A stretch of DNA of 64,000 bases. Origin: Macrostomum hystrix. Taxonomy: Eukaryota; Animalia; Platyhelminthes. The stretch spans positions 25,792,001 to 25,856,000 of the forward strand of contig CATNEN010000038.1 of assembly GCA_950097015.1 (NCBI GenBank), in the 5' to 3' direction. Positions 1 to 14,200 of the stretch are shown here, one piece after another (within the stretch, counting starts at the first letter, position 1; every line of letters starts with the position of its first letter). The position numbers were made by a program, and so were the translations under genes. Below the pieces are notes generated by a model. The model saw nothing but the letters and a program-made list of their open reading frames with translations, made no database searches and had not been told where the DNA came from.

Positions 1-690
1 CGTGTCTCATCTCTCCCGTGTCTCATCTCTCCCGTGTCTCATCTCTCCCGTGTCTCATCTCTCCCGTGTCTCATCTCTCCCGTGTCTCATCTCTCCCGTG
101 TCTCATCTCTCCCGTGTCTCATCTCTCCCGTGTCTCATCTCTCCCGTGTCTCATCTCTCCCGTGTCTCATCTCTCCCGTGTCTCATCTCTCCCGTGTCTC
201 ATCTCTCCCGTGTCTCATCTCTCCCGTGTCTCATCTCTCCCGTGTCTCATCTCTCCCGTGTCTCATCTCTCCCGTGTCTCATCTCTTCCGTGTCTCATCT
301 CTCCCGTGTCTCATCTCTCCCGTGTCTCATCTCTCCCATGTCTCATCTCTCCCATGTCTCATCTCTCCCGTGTCTCATCTCTCCCGTGTCTCATCTCTCC
401 CGTGTCTCATCTCTCCCGTGTCTCATCTCTCCTGTGTCTCATCTCTCCCGTGTCTCATCTCTCCCGTGTCTCATCTCTCCCGTGTCTCATCTCTCCCATG
501 TCTCATCTCTCATGTGTCTCATCTCTCCCGTGTCTCATCTCTCCCGTGTCTCATCTCTCCCATGTCTCATCTCTCCCGTGTCTCCTCTCTCCCGTGATTC
601 ATCTCTCCCGTGTCTCATCTCTCCCGTGACTCATCTCTCCCGTTTCTCATCTCTCCCATGTCTCATCTCTCCCGTGTCTCATCTCTCCCG
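1..690. repeat. 16-bp minisatellite (CGTGTCTCATCTCTCC)n, runs off the window edge
   Basis: Direct tandem repeat of about 43 units; same unit as the array at 34935-36101. Confidence 0.97.
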
Positions 691-2200
691 GATGTCTTTT
701 GAAAACTTGATTGACAAAATCTGGTATGAAAGCAATACCTGGCCAGATGCATCCATGTGATCAAGAATCGAGTTAAATCTTCTAAAAATTTGCCTCATGC
801 TCGATCCAAACGCAGTCAGTCTAAAGTCCAACAATATTGTCGTGCACAGCCCACAGTAAGAACATATTTGGCAGCAGCTTATCAGATCAGTCCACCCGAA
901 CCACGCAAGTGATATGACAGCGTGTTGCACCATGTACGGTAGAGTGCTGGACTTGACGTTGAATAATTGACTTGAAAAATGTTTTCCCTAGTTATAATAC
1001 TAAAAAGTACAAATGATTACTAAACATAAAACAGAACATCCAAAGTGCATCGAATTAGTCATCCAATAAAGTTATGCAGTTCTGAACAAAATATAACTTC
1101 TAGTTAAGTATACAACTAGATCAAATTACTGATGAGCTATTATTGGATAAAAAACCACTAGCTCACATGATCAGATCAAAAAGTTAGCTGTTTGAAATTG
1201 ATTGAGAATCGACTAGTTACAGATTGCATAAAAGGATTAATATCTGCATCTTAAAATAAACATAAGGATCGTGGCCTAAATTAGATTGACAATAATTCAT
1301 TTAGTTGTAAAGTTCAACATATGTTAAATATAGCTGTGTATTATAATTAAAAGTGCTTAATCAGAATTAAAATTTGTTTAGCTTAAATTGGACTTGAAAA
1401 TTTAATTTTATAATACCCAGCCCTTAGTAGCTGGAGACTTATACGAGAAGGTCTGCAAGTGCTCTTAAAACCTTAGACATCATGGCATTAGTGGAAAATA
1501 GTTTGACTGACTGATGTATTTAAACCAAGAAAGCTGCTACACATAAATGACAGCAATAAGTTTTTTTAAGACTAAACAACAAAAGAAAAATTTAGATTTG
1601 AATATTGAGATAGAATGCTTTAATTGTGTATGTTAAAAAACGAACGTAACTAACAATACCCGCAATCTAACAAAGCACAATATATAGTATTTTACAAAAA
1701 ACACCAAGAAGCATAAAGAGGAAAGATGAAGTCGTGTCACATTGTTCTGCTACATCAACGCACAACGGATGTCTGACCACCTTATCAAAGTTGAGTTGCT
1801 CAGCCAGTAATTAATATCGTTAGATTTCATGGAAATAAACATGTTTTAAAAACACGAAAATTTAAACCGTACCATAACAAAGGGTTCATGTTATAAAAAA
1901 ATTAAATTATAGTTAATTTATCATACTTGCTAATGTGTCTAAGGAAGTTAACTAAAATATAAGCAAATGTTTCTATTACCTTTTAACTTAGCTGATTAAA
2001 TTATTTAAATACATTGTTGAATTGCGTTGTGAACTTCACACTAGATCATTAGAAAAAAACTTATTGCCAGATTGTTACATATAATACAAGAAGATAACTG
2101 TGTGACACGATTACTATTTTAAAGAAGTGAAACAGCAACAATAGTTCATAAAAGTTAGATTCCTTGTTTTGTATATTCATTCTAAATTAAATAAAAGGCG

Positions 2201-5200
2201 ATGGCGGAAATCGAAGAGGATGAAGAGATCCACACCATTGCTGAAGATATTGTTGTCACTAAGTACAAAATGGCAGGAGACTTGATCAATGGTAAGATCA
2301 AAAATAATTTTTTTTATTCAAACAGTTTTAATAGTTTTTTATTGTATTTTGTTTGCATTTCAATTATTTTATTTAGCTAGTTTGCCAGTCCTGATTAATT
2401 TTTGTATGACTTTGTATGTGTAGCATTTAAATTATTTAATTTCAAGGTTTAGGGTTTAGCTAGCTGGTAATAATTTATATACCTGAGCCTAATGCTGATT
2501 CACAAAATAAGCATTTTGACCACAAATTCTATGTAGGGCCTAGTCATACATGGATAGGGCCTAAATGGGGCCAGAGGGTATAGCTAGCTAAGATATCAGC
2601 TAGGGCCTAGTTTGTGTAGGTTAAATAAATATTTTCTAGGCCTTAATTAATTTCTTTATACATAAGCATAGGCTGCATAGATTCTATTTATACATTTTTC
2701 TAGTTATAGCTTTGGATCTGTGTTTATCATATTTGAAATAAAACTTTGAAATAAAACAAATTCCTTTTTTCTTAGTTATTGAACTATTCAGCAACTTAGT
2801 CATTTTGTTTCTAGCAGAAAAGTTCTTTTTCCCCTAAATATTGATTTGTAGGCTAGGCTAAAATGGCTATCCTGCAGAATCATTTGTTTTTTTCTTATTT
2901 AAATATACAGATTATTTAAATTTGCATAGGACATGTCCATGACTTCAAAAAAGATATCCTTTGTCATGCCACTAATATTGTAATAATAGTGACATGGTGT
3001 GGCATGTACTGCCATGAACATGAATCTTACCTATAAAACTTAAAAGTACTTGTGTCGGCAACAGTTCCAGCAGTTTAACTTAGTAGTTTTGGCAACTTTC
3101 TGTACATACTGGGTTCAACACTATTACCTGCTATAAATATGTAAAGTATGTAATAAGTTTAATAACAATACTATAACAAACAAACTTGGCATATAGTTTA
3201 CATTCTGTTATTTCTCATGTTAATTTCTTGCTCTAAACTCCAAAGTTAAGATGTAAGTTATTCCCATTGAGAAAATAATTTAACAAATGGTTCTGCAGAA
3301 TAGCAGGCAACCACAGATTTAACTAATGTTATAAAAAATACATTAAAAACTGTAAAGTCTTTTTTACTTCTAATCATATTTAAATAACAAATGAACCAAA
3401 AATGAATACTTGTGATTTAGAAGTCACACACTGAATTAAATACCTCTAAGTAATTAGGTATAAGGATTTTTGGCATTTTTGTATTTGTATAATTTATCAT
3501 AAAGCCTTGGTAAGGTTATTTGAAAGGGTATTAAATATAAAACATATGTATTTATTTTTTCTGGTATATAGCCAACATGATCTAGATTATTGATTAAACA
3601 ATTACCAAATTTATGAATTGCAAGATAAAGTTTGAATGATTATGCTTAAGGTTTTTGATTAAAAAGGTGTTTACAATTTTAGAATTACAAAAGTATAGCC
3701 AGGATATAATAAATATATTTGTTCCAATGCTTCAATTCAAATATAAAACTACCAACCAACTGTTTAGATGTACTTAAGCGCCTGCTAGAGAAATGCACAC
3801 CTGGAGCACGCATCCTGGACCTGTGCGAGCTTGGCGACCGACTTATCCAAGAGGAGACCGCCAAGGTGTTCAAGAAAGAGAAAGAGATGAAGAAGGGCAT
3901 TGCATTTCCAACCTGCGTCTCTAAGAACAATTGTATCTGTCATTTCTCGCCGCTGAGATCAGATGCGTGCCATTTGGAACTGGCTGATGGCGACCTGGTG
4001 AAGCTGGACCTTGGTGCTCACATCGACGGCTTCGCAGCCTGCGTTGCTCATTCGTTTGTCGTTGGCGCAACAGCTGAAAATCCGGCTACTGGTCGCAAAG
4101 CAGACGCTATGCTGGCTGCTCACTATGTTGCTGAGGCTTGCATGCGACTACTGAAGCCTGGCAATAACAGCACTGAGGTATTGGCCCCCAAATGCCTTAG
4201 CTAAAGCTGATATTAATTTAACAGCTGAAGCAATCCATAGTTAAATGTCTCACCAAAGCACACAAATTGTTCCAGTAGAGTCGGGAATCGAACCTCCGAC
4301 CTACAAGTCGTTAGTCCGACGCACTAACCACTAGGCTACAACACCCTATTTTAATAATCAGTGGTTAAAGTGATAGCGGTGTTTAACCACGTAGGATCGA
4401 CATTATCAGATAATCGTTTGTGACAATAGTCGTTAGATAGTTATCAACTAGGAACTAAGACTCCCTTTTAGGAAGGAAAATCACGCTTTAAGCATCTTAA
4501 ACGAAAAATAATGAAAAAAGTCCAACATAAAGCATACTACTTATCGACAAATGATTCTTACCCTCGTCAAATCACTTACCCCCTCGACAATTTATGCTAC
4601 ACCTCGATATTTCATGCTTCCCCTCGACAATTCATGCTACCCCTCGACAATTCATGCTTTCTCTCAAAGTAAAAGTGATTTTAAAAGTCTGTGTAAGTAG
4701 TATTAAATGGCCACATCTCAAATAAGTATTGTCTACCTGTTTACAAAGGTGGCCGATACTGCCCAGAAGATTGCTGGTGTCTACAATTGCAACATGGTTG
4801 AGAATATGCAATGCCATCTAGCTAAGCAGCACATGGCTGAAGCTGACAAGTCCATTGTCTGGAATCCCGACGAGACCGTTAAGAAGGCTGTTGAGAAGTG
4901 CGAATTTGAAGTGCACGAAGTTTGGAATGTCGACGTTCTGGTTTCAACCGGCGACGGCAAGGCCAAGGAGCGAGACACCAAGACCACGGTATTCCGCAAG
5001 AAGGAAACAGTCTACAGCTTGAAGATGAAAGCTTCCCGTCAGTTCTTCTCGGAGATGAACGCGAAGTTTCAAGCGTATCCGTTCTCATTGCGCTCATTTG
5101 AAGACGAGAACAAGGCCCGGATGGGCGTGGTTGAGTGCGTCAAACACGCTTTGGTTGAGCCTCTCATTGTGTATTGGGAGAAGGATACCGAATTTGTGGC

Positions 5201-8200
5201 TCAGTTCAAGTTCACTTTGCTGCTAATGCCCAACGGTGAGTTACATTTTTATTGGGGAAATATCAGATTATAAAGACAGATTCGAATAGACCTGTTAACT
5301 TTAATCAAGTAAGTTTGATTATAATCAAATTGAACACCATCGGTAGTTTTTAATCCTATATTCTAAGAATGGATTGGGATTAATCCTAGATTTTTTAAAT
5401 CAGTTGTGATTGGGATTACTCCTAGATTTTCAGAATCAGTTGTTATTGGGATTAATCCTAGATTTTCAAAATCAGTTGTTATGGGGATTACTCCTAGATT
5501 TTCAGAATCAGTTATTATGGGGATTAATCCTAGATTTTCAGAATCAATTGTTATGGGGATTACTCCTAGATTTTCAGAATCAGTTGTGATGGGGATTAAT
5601 CATAGACTTTCAGAATCAGTTGTTATGGGGATTATTCCTAGATTTTTTAAATCAGTTGTGATTGGGATTACTCCTAGACTTTCAGAATCAGTTGTTATAG
5701 GGATTACTCCTAGATTTTCAGAATCAGTTGTGATGGGGATTAATCGTAGACTTTCAGAATCAGTTGTTATGGGGATTACTCCTAGATTTTCAGAATCAGT
5801 TGTGATGGGGATTACTCCTAGATTTTCAGAATCAGTTGTGATGGGGATTACTCCTAGATTTTCAGAATCAGTTGTGATGGGGATTAATCATAGACTTTCA
5901 GAATCAGTTGTTATGGGGATTATTCCTAGATTTTTTAAATCAGTTGTGATTAGGATTACTCCTAGATTTTCAGAATCAGTTGTGATGGGGATTACTCCTA
6001 GATTTTCAGAATCAGTTGTGATGGGGATTAATCATAGACTTTCAGAATCAGTTGTTATGGGGATTATTCCTAGATTTTTTAAATCAGTTGTGATTGGGAT
6101 TACTCCTAGATTTTCAGAATCAGTTGTTATTGGGATTAATCCTAGATTTTCAAAATCAGTTGTTATGGGGATTACTCCTAGATTTTCAGAATCAGTTGTG
6201 ATGGGGATTAATCATAGACTTTCAGAATCAGTTGTTATGGGGATTACTCCTAGATTTTCAGAATCAGTTGTGATGGGGATTACTCCTAGATTTTCAGAAT
6301 CAGTTGTGATGGGGATTAATCATAGACTTTCAGAATCAGTTGTTATGGGGATTATTCCTAGATTTTTTAAATCAGTTGTGATTAGGATTACTCCTAGATT
6401 TTCAGAATCAGTTGTTATGGGGATTAATCCTAGATTTTCAGAATCAGTTGTTATTGGGATTAATCCTAGATTTTCAGAATCAGTTGTTATGGGGATTAAT
6501 CCTAGATTTTCTGAATCAGTTGTGATTAGGATTACTCCTAGATTTTCAGAATCAGTTATTATGGGGATTAATCCTAGATTTTCAGAATCAGTTGTTATTG
6601 GGATTAATCCTAGATTTTCAAAATCAGTTGTTATGGGGATTACTCCTAGATTTTCAGAATCAGTTATTATGGGGATTAATCCTAGATTTTCAGAATCAAT
6701 TGTTATGGGGATTACTCCTAGATTTTCAGAATCAGTTGTGATGGGGATTAATCATAGACTTTCAGAATCAGTTGTTATGGGGATTACTCCTAGATTTTCA
6801 GAATCAGTTGTGATGGGGATTACTCCTAGATTTTCAGAATCAGTTGTGATGGGGATTAATCATAGACTTTCAGAATCAGTTGTTATGGGGATTAATCCTA
6901 GATTTTTTAAATCAGTTGTGATTAGGATTACTCCTAGATTTTCAGAATCAGTTGTTATGGGGATTACTCCTAGATTTTCAGAATCAGTTGTGATGGGGAT
7001 TAATCATAGACTTTCAGAATCAGTTGTTATGGGGATTACTCCTAGATTTTTTAAATCAGTTGTGATTGGGATTACTCCTAGATTTTCAGAATCAGTTGTT
7101 ATGGGGATTACTCCTAGATTTTCAGAATCAGTTGTGATGGGGATTAATCATAGACTTTCAGAATCAGTTGTTATGGGGATTAATCCTAGATTTTTTAAAT
7201 CAGTTGTGATTGGGATTACTCCTAGATTTTCAGAATCAGTTGTTATGGGGATTAATCCTAGATTTTCAGAATCAGTTGTGATGGGGATTAATCATAGACT
7301 TTCAGAATCAGTTGTTATGGGGATTAATCCTAGATTTTCAGAATCAGTTGTGATGGGGATTACTCCTAGATTTTCAGAATCAATTGTTATGGGGATTACT
7401 CCTAGATTTTCAGAATCAGTTGTTATGGGGATTACTCCTAGATTTTTTAAATCAGTTGTGATTGGGATTACTCCTAGATTTTCAGAATCAGTTGTTATGG
7501 GGATTACTCCTAGATTTTCAGAATCAGTTGTGATGGGGATTAATCATAGACTTTCAGAATCAGTTGTTATGGGGATTAATCCTAGATTTTTTAAATCAGT
7601 TGTGATGGGGATTACTCCTAGATTTTCAGAATCAGTTGTTATGGGGATTAATCCTAGATTTTCAGAATCAGTTGTTATGGGGATTAATCCTAGATTTTCT
7701 GAATCAGTTGTTATGGGGATTACTCCTAGATTTTCTGAATCAGTTGTTATAGGGATTACTCCTAGATTTTCAGAATCAGTTGTGATGGGGATTAATCATA
7801 GACTTTCAGAATCAGTTGTTAACGGGATTAATCCTACATTTTCAGAATCAGTTGTTATGGGGATTACTCCTAGATTTTCAGAATCAGTTGTTATTGGGAT
7901 TAATCCTAGATTTTCAAAATCAGTTGTTATGGGGATTACTCCTAGATTTTCAGAATCAGTTGTTATGGGGATTACTCCTAGATTTTCAGAATCAGTTATT
8001 ATGGGGATTAATCCTAGATTTTCAGAATCAATTGTTATGGGGATTAATCCTAGATTTTCAGAATCAGTTATTATGGGGATTACTCCTAGATTTTCAGAAT
8101 CAGTTGTTATTGGGATTAATCCTAGATTTTCAAAATCAGTTGTTATGGGGATTACTCCTAGATTTTCAGAATCAGTTGTTATGGGGATTACTCCTAGATT

Positions 8201-11200
8201 TTCAGAATCAGTTATTATGGGGATTAATCCTAGATTTTCAGAATCAGTTGTTATGGGGATTAATCCTAGATTTTCAAAATCAGTTGTTATGGGGATTACT
8301 CCTAGATTTTCAGAATCAGTTATTATGGGGATTAATCCTAGATTTTCAGAATCAATTGTTATGGGGATTACTCCTAGACTTTCAGAATCAGTTGTTATGG
8401 GGATTACTCCTAGATTTTAAGAATCAGTTGTGATGGGGATTAATCATAGACTTTCAGAATCAGTTGTTATGGGGATTACTCCTAGATTTTTTAAATCAGT
8501 TGTGATTGGGATTACTCCTAGACTTTCAGAATCAGTTGTTATGGGGATTACTCCTAGATTTTCAGAATCAGTTGTTATGGGGATTACTCCTAGATTTTTT
8601 AAATCAGTTGTGATTAGGATTACTCCTAGATTTTCAGAATCAGTTGTTATGGGGATTAATCCTAGATTTTCAGAATCAGTTGTTATGGGGATTAATCCTA
8701 GATTTTCTGAATCAGTTGTTATGGGGATTAATCCTAGATTTTCTGAATCAGTTGTTATGGGGATTAATCCTAGATTTTCTGAATCAGTTATTATGGGGAT
8801 TAATCATAGACTTTCAGAATCAGTTGTTATGGGGATTAATCATAGACTTTCAGAATCAGTTGTTATGGGGATTAATCCTAGATTTTCTGAATCAGTTATT
8901 ATGGGGATTAATCATAGACTTTCAGAATCAGTTGTTATGGGGATTACTCCTAGATTTTCAGAATCAGTTGTGATGGGGATTAATCATAGACTTTCAGAAT
9001 CAGTTGTTATGGGGATTACTCCTAGATTTTCAGAATCAGTTGTGATTGGGATTAATCATAGACTTTCAGAATCAGTTGTTATGGGGATTACTCCTAGATT
9101 TTCAGAATCAGTTGTGATGGGGATTAATCATAGACTTTCAGAATCAGTTGTTATGGGGATTACTCCTAGATTTTTTAAATCAGTTGTGATTGGGATTACT
9201 CCTAGATTTTCAGAATCAGTTGTTATGGGGATTACTCCTAGATTTTCTGAATCAGTTGTTATGGGGATTACTCCTAGATTTTCAGAATCAGTTGTTATAG
9301 GGATTACTCCTAGATTTTCTGAATCAGTTGTTATGGGGATTAATCCTAGATTTTCAGAATCAGTTGTTATGGGGATTAATCCTAGATTTTCTGAATCAGT
9401 TGTGATTAGGATTACTCCTAGATTTTCAGAATCAGTTGTTATGGGGATTACTCCTAGATTTTCAGAATCAGTTGTGATGGGGATTAATCATAGACTTTCA
9501 GAATCAGTTGTTATGGGGATTACTCCTAGATTTTTTAAATCAGTTGTGATTGGGATTACTCCTAGATTTTCAGAATCAGTTGTTATGGGGATTACTCCTA
9601 GATTTTCAGAATCAGTTGTGATGGGGATTAATCATAGACTTTCAGAATCAGTTGTTATGGGGATTAATCCTAGATTTTTTAAATCAGTTGTGATTGGGAT
9701 TACTCCTAGATTTTCAGAATCAGTTGTTATGGGGATTAATCCTAGATTTTCAGAATCAGTTGTGATGGGGATTAATCATAGACTTTCAGAATCAGTTGTT
9801 ATGGGGATTAATCCTAGATTTTCAGAATCAGTTGTGATGGGGATTACTCCTAGATTTTCAGAATCAATTGTTATGGGGATTACTCCTAGATTTTCAGAAT
9901 CAGTTGTTATGGGGATTACTCCTAGATTTTTTAAATCAGTTGTGATTGGGATTACTCCTAGATTTTCAGAATCAGTTGTTATGGGGATTACTCCTAGATT
10001 TTCAGAATCAGTTGTGATGGGGATTAATCATAGACTTTCAGAATCAGTTGTTATGGGGATTAATCCTAGATTTTTTAAATCAGTTGTGATGGGGATTACT
10101 CCTAGATTTTCAGAATCAGTTGTTATGGGGATTAATCCTAGATTTTCAGAATCAGTTGTTATGGGGATTAATCCTAGATTTTCTGAATCAGTTGTTATGG
10201 GGATTACTCCTAGATTTTCTGAATCAGTTGTTATAGGGATTACTCCTAGATTTTCAGAATCAGTTGTGATGGGGATTAATCATAGACTTTCAGAATCAGT
10301 TGTTAACGGGATTAATCCTACATTTTCAGAATCAGTTGTTATGGGGATTACTCCTAGATTTTCAGAATCAGTTGTTATTGGGATTAATCCTAGATTTTCA
10401 AAATCAGTTGTTATGGGGATTACTCCTAGATTTTCAGAATCAGTTGTTATGGGGATTACTCCTAGATTTTCAGAATCAGTTATTATGGGGATTAATCCTA
10501 GATTTTCAGAATCAATTGTTATGGGGATTAATCCTAGATTTTCAGAATCAGTTATTATGGGGATTACTCCTAGATTTTCAGAATCAGTTGTTATTGGGAT
10601 TAATCCTAGATTTTCAAAATCAGTTGTTATGGGGATTACTCCTAGATTTTCAGAATCAGTTGTTATGGGGATTACTCCTAGATTTTCAGAATCAGTTATT
10701 ATGGGGATTAATCCTAGATTTTCAGAATCAGTTGTTATGGGGATTAATCCTAGATTTTCAAAATCAGTTGTTATGGGGATTACTCCTAGATTTTCAGAAT
10801 CAGTTATTATGGGGATTAATCCTAGATTTTCAGAATCAATTGTTATGGGGATTACTCCTAGACTTTCAGAATCAGTTGTTATGGGGATTACTCCTAGATT
10901 TTAAGAATCAGTTGTGATGGGGATTAATCATAGACTTTCAGAATCAGTTGTTATGGGGATTACTCCTAGATTTTTTAAATCAGTTGTGATTGGGATTACT
11001 CCTAGACTTTCAGAATCAGTTGTTATGGGGATTACTCCTAGATTTTCAGAATCAGTTGTTATGGGGATTACTCCTAGATTTTTTAAATCAGTTGTGATTA
11101 GGATTACTCCTAGATTTTCAGAATCAGTTGTTATGGGGATTAATCCTAGATTTTCAGAATCAGTTGTTATGGGGATTAATCCTAGATTTTCTGAATCAGT

Positions 11201-14200
11201 TGTTATGGGGATTAATCCTAGATTTTCTGAATCAGTTGTTATGGGGATTAATCCTAGATTTTCTGAATCAGTTATTATGGGGATTAATCATAGACTTTCA
11301 GAATCAGTTGTTATGGGGATTAATCATAGACTTTCAGAATCAGTTGTTATGGGGATTAATCCTAGATTTTCTGAATCAGTTATTATGGGGATTAATCATA
11401 GACTTTCAGAATCAGTTGTTATGGGGATTACTCCTAGATTTTCAGAATCAGTTGTGATGGGGATTAATCATAGACTTTCAGAATCAGTTGTTATGGGGAT
11501 TACTCCTAGATTTTCAGAATCAGTTGTGATTGGGATTAATCATAGACTTTCAGAATCAGTTGTTATGGGGATTACTCCTAGATTTTCAGAATCAGTTGTG
11601 ATGGGGATTAATCATAGACTTTCAGAATCAGTTGTTATGGGGATTACTCCTAGATTTTTTAAATCAGTTGTGATTGGGATTACTCCTAGATTTTCAGAAT
11701 CAGTTGTTATGGGGATTACTCCTAGATTTTCTGAATCAGTTGTTATAGGGATTACTCCTAGATTTTCAGAATCAGTTGTTATAGGGATTACTCCTAGATT
11801 TTCTGAATCAGTTGTTATGGGGATTAATCCTAGATTTTCAGAATCAGTTGTTATGGGGATTAATCCTAGATTTTCTGAATCAGTTGTTATAGGGATTACT
11901 CCTAGATTTTCTGAATCAGTTGTTATAGGGATTACTCCTAGATTTTCTGAATCAGTTGTTATAGGGATTACTCCTAGATTTTCTGAATCAGTTGTTATAG
12001 GGATTACTCCTAGATTTTCAGAATCAGTTGTGATGGGGATTAATCATAGACTTTCAGAATCAGTTGTTAACGGGATTAATCCTACATTTTCAGAATCAGT
12101 TGTTATGGGGATTAATCCTAGATTTTCAGAATCAGTTGTTATGGGGATTAATCCTAGATTTTCAGAATCAGTTGTTATGGGGATTAATCAAAGATTTTTA
12201 GAATCAGTTGTTATGGGGATTAATCATAAATTTTTAGAATCAGTTGTGATTGGGATTGATCCTAGACTTCCAGAATCAGCTGTTAGGGAGATTAATCCTA
12301 GACTCTCAGAATCAGCTGTTAAGGGGATTAGATTTTCAGAATCAGTTGTTAAGGGGATTACTCCTAGATTTTCAGAATCAGTTGTTATGGGGATTAATCC
12401 TAGATTTTCAGAATCAGTTGTTATGGGGATTAATCCTAGATTTTCTGAATCAGTTGTTATGGGGATTACTCCTAGATTTTCTGAATCAGTTGTTATAGGG
12501 ATTACTCCTAGATTTTCAGAATCAGTTGTTATAGGGATTACTCCTAGATTTTCTGAATCAGTTGTTATGGGGATTAATCCTAGATTTTCAGAATCAGTTG
12601 TTATGGGGATTAATCCTAGATTTTCTGAATCAGTTGTTATAGGGATTACTCCTAGATTTTCTGAATCAGTTGTTATAGGGATTACTCCTAGATTTTCTGA
12701 ATCAGTTGTTATAGGGATTACTCCTAGATTTTCTGAATCAGTTGTTATAGGGATTACTCCTAGATTTTCTGAATCAGTTGTTATAGGGATTACTCCTAGA
12801 TTTTCAGAATCAGTTGTGATGGGGATTAATCATAGACTTTCAGAATCAGTTGTTAACGGGATTAATCCTACATTTTCAGAATCAGTTGTTATGGGGATTA
12901 CTCCTAGATTTTCAGAATCAGTTGTGATTGGGATTAATCATAGACTTTCAGAATCAGTTGTTATGGGGATTACTCCTAGATTTTCAGAATCAGTTGTGAT
13001 GGGGATTAATCATAGACTTTCAGAATCAGTTGTTATGGGGATTACTCCTAGATTTTTTAAATCAGTTGTGATTGGGATTACTCCTAGATTTTCAGAATCA
13101 GTTGTTATGGGGATTACTCCTAGATTTTCAGAATCAGTTGTTATAGGGATTACTCCTAGATTTTCTGAATCAGTTGTTATGGGGATTAATCCTAGATTTT
13201 CAGAATCAGTTGTTATGGGGATTAATCAAAGATTTTTAGAATCAGTTGTTATGGGGATTAATCATAAATTTTTAGAATCAGTTGTGATTGGGATTGATCC
13301 TAGACTTCCAGAATCAGCTGTTAGGGAGATTAATCCTAGACTCTCAGAATCAGCTGTTAAGGGGATTAGATTTTCAGAATCAGTTGTTAAGGGGATTAAT
13401 CATAGATTTTTAGAATCAGTTGTGATTGGGATTGATCCTAGACTTTCAGAATCAGCTGTTAGGGAGATTAATCCTAGACTCTCAGAATCAGCTGTTAAGG
13501 GGATTAGATTTTCAGAATCAGTTGTTATGGGGATTACTCCTAGATTTTCAGAATCAGTTGTTATGGGGATTAATCCTAGATTTTCAGAATCAGTTGTTAT
13601 GGGGATTAATCCTAGATTTTCTGAATCAGTTGTTATGGGGATTACTCCTAGATTTTCTGAATCAGTTGTTATAGGGATTACTCCTAGATTTTCAGAATCA
13701 GTTGTTATAGGGATTACTCCTAGATTTTCTGAATCAGTTGTTATGGGGATTAATCCTAGATTTTCAGAATCAGTTGTTATGGGGATTAATCCTAGATTTT
13801 CTGAATCAGTTGTTATAGGGATTACTCCTAGATTTTCTGAATCAGTTGTTATAGGGATTACTCCTAGATTTTCTGAATCAGTTGTTATAGGGATTACTCC
13901 TAGATTTTCTGAATCAGTTGTTATAGGGATTACTCCTAGATTTTCTGAATCAGTTGTTATAGGGATTACTCCTAGATTTTCAGAATCAGTTGTGATGGGG
14001 ATTAATCATAGACTTTCAGAATCAGTTGTTAACGGGATTAATCCTACATTTTCAGAATCAGTTGTTATGGGGATTACTCCTAGATTTTCAGAATCAGTTG
14101 TGATTGGGATTAATCATAGACTTTCAGAATCAGTTGTTATGGGGATTACTCCTAGATTTTCAGAATCAGTTGTGATGGGGATTAATCATAGACTTTCAGA

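Noticed and set aside
2-760. ORFs of 187-252 aa (SHLSRVSSLPCLISPV)n, also at 34864-36319
   Set aside because: Translations of a stop-free 16-bp repeat, open in all three frames; the second set lies inside a well-defined intron.
679-933. 84-aa minus-strand ORF next to the first array
   Set aside because: No recognisable homology or supported splice structure; it runs into the repeat.
4270-4340. Functional tRNA gene
   Set aside because: A/B boxes are present, but the sequence continues into a SINE body shared with 48646-48943 and I could not fold a convincing acceptor stem.
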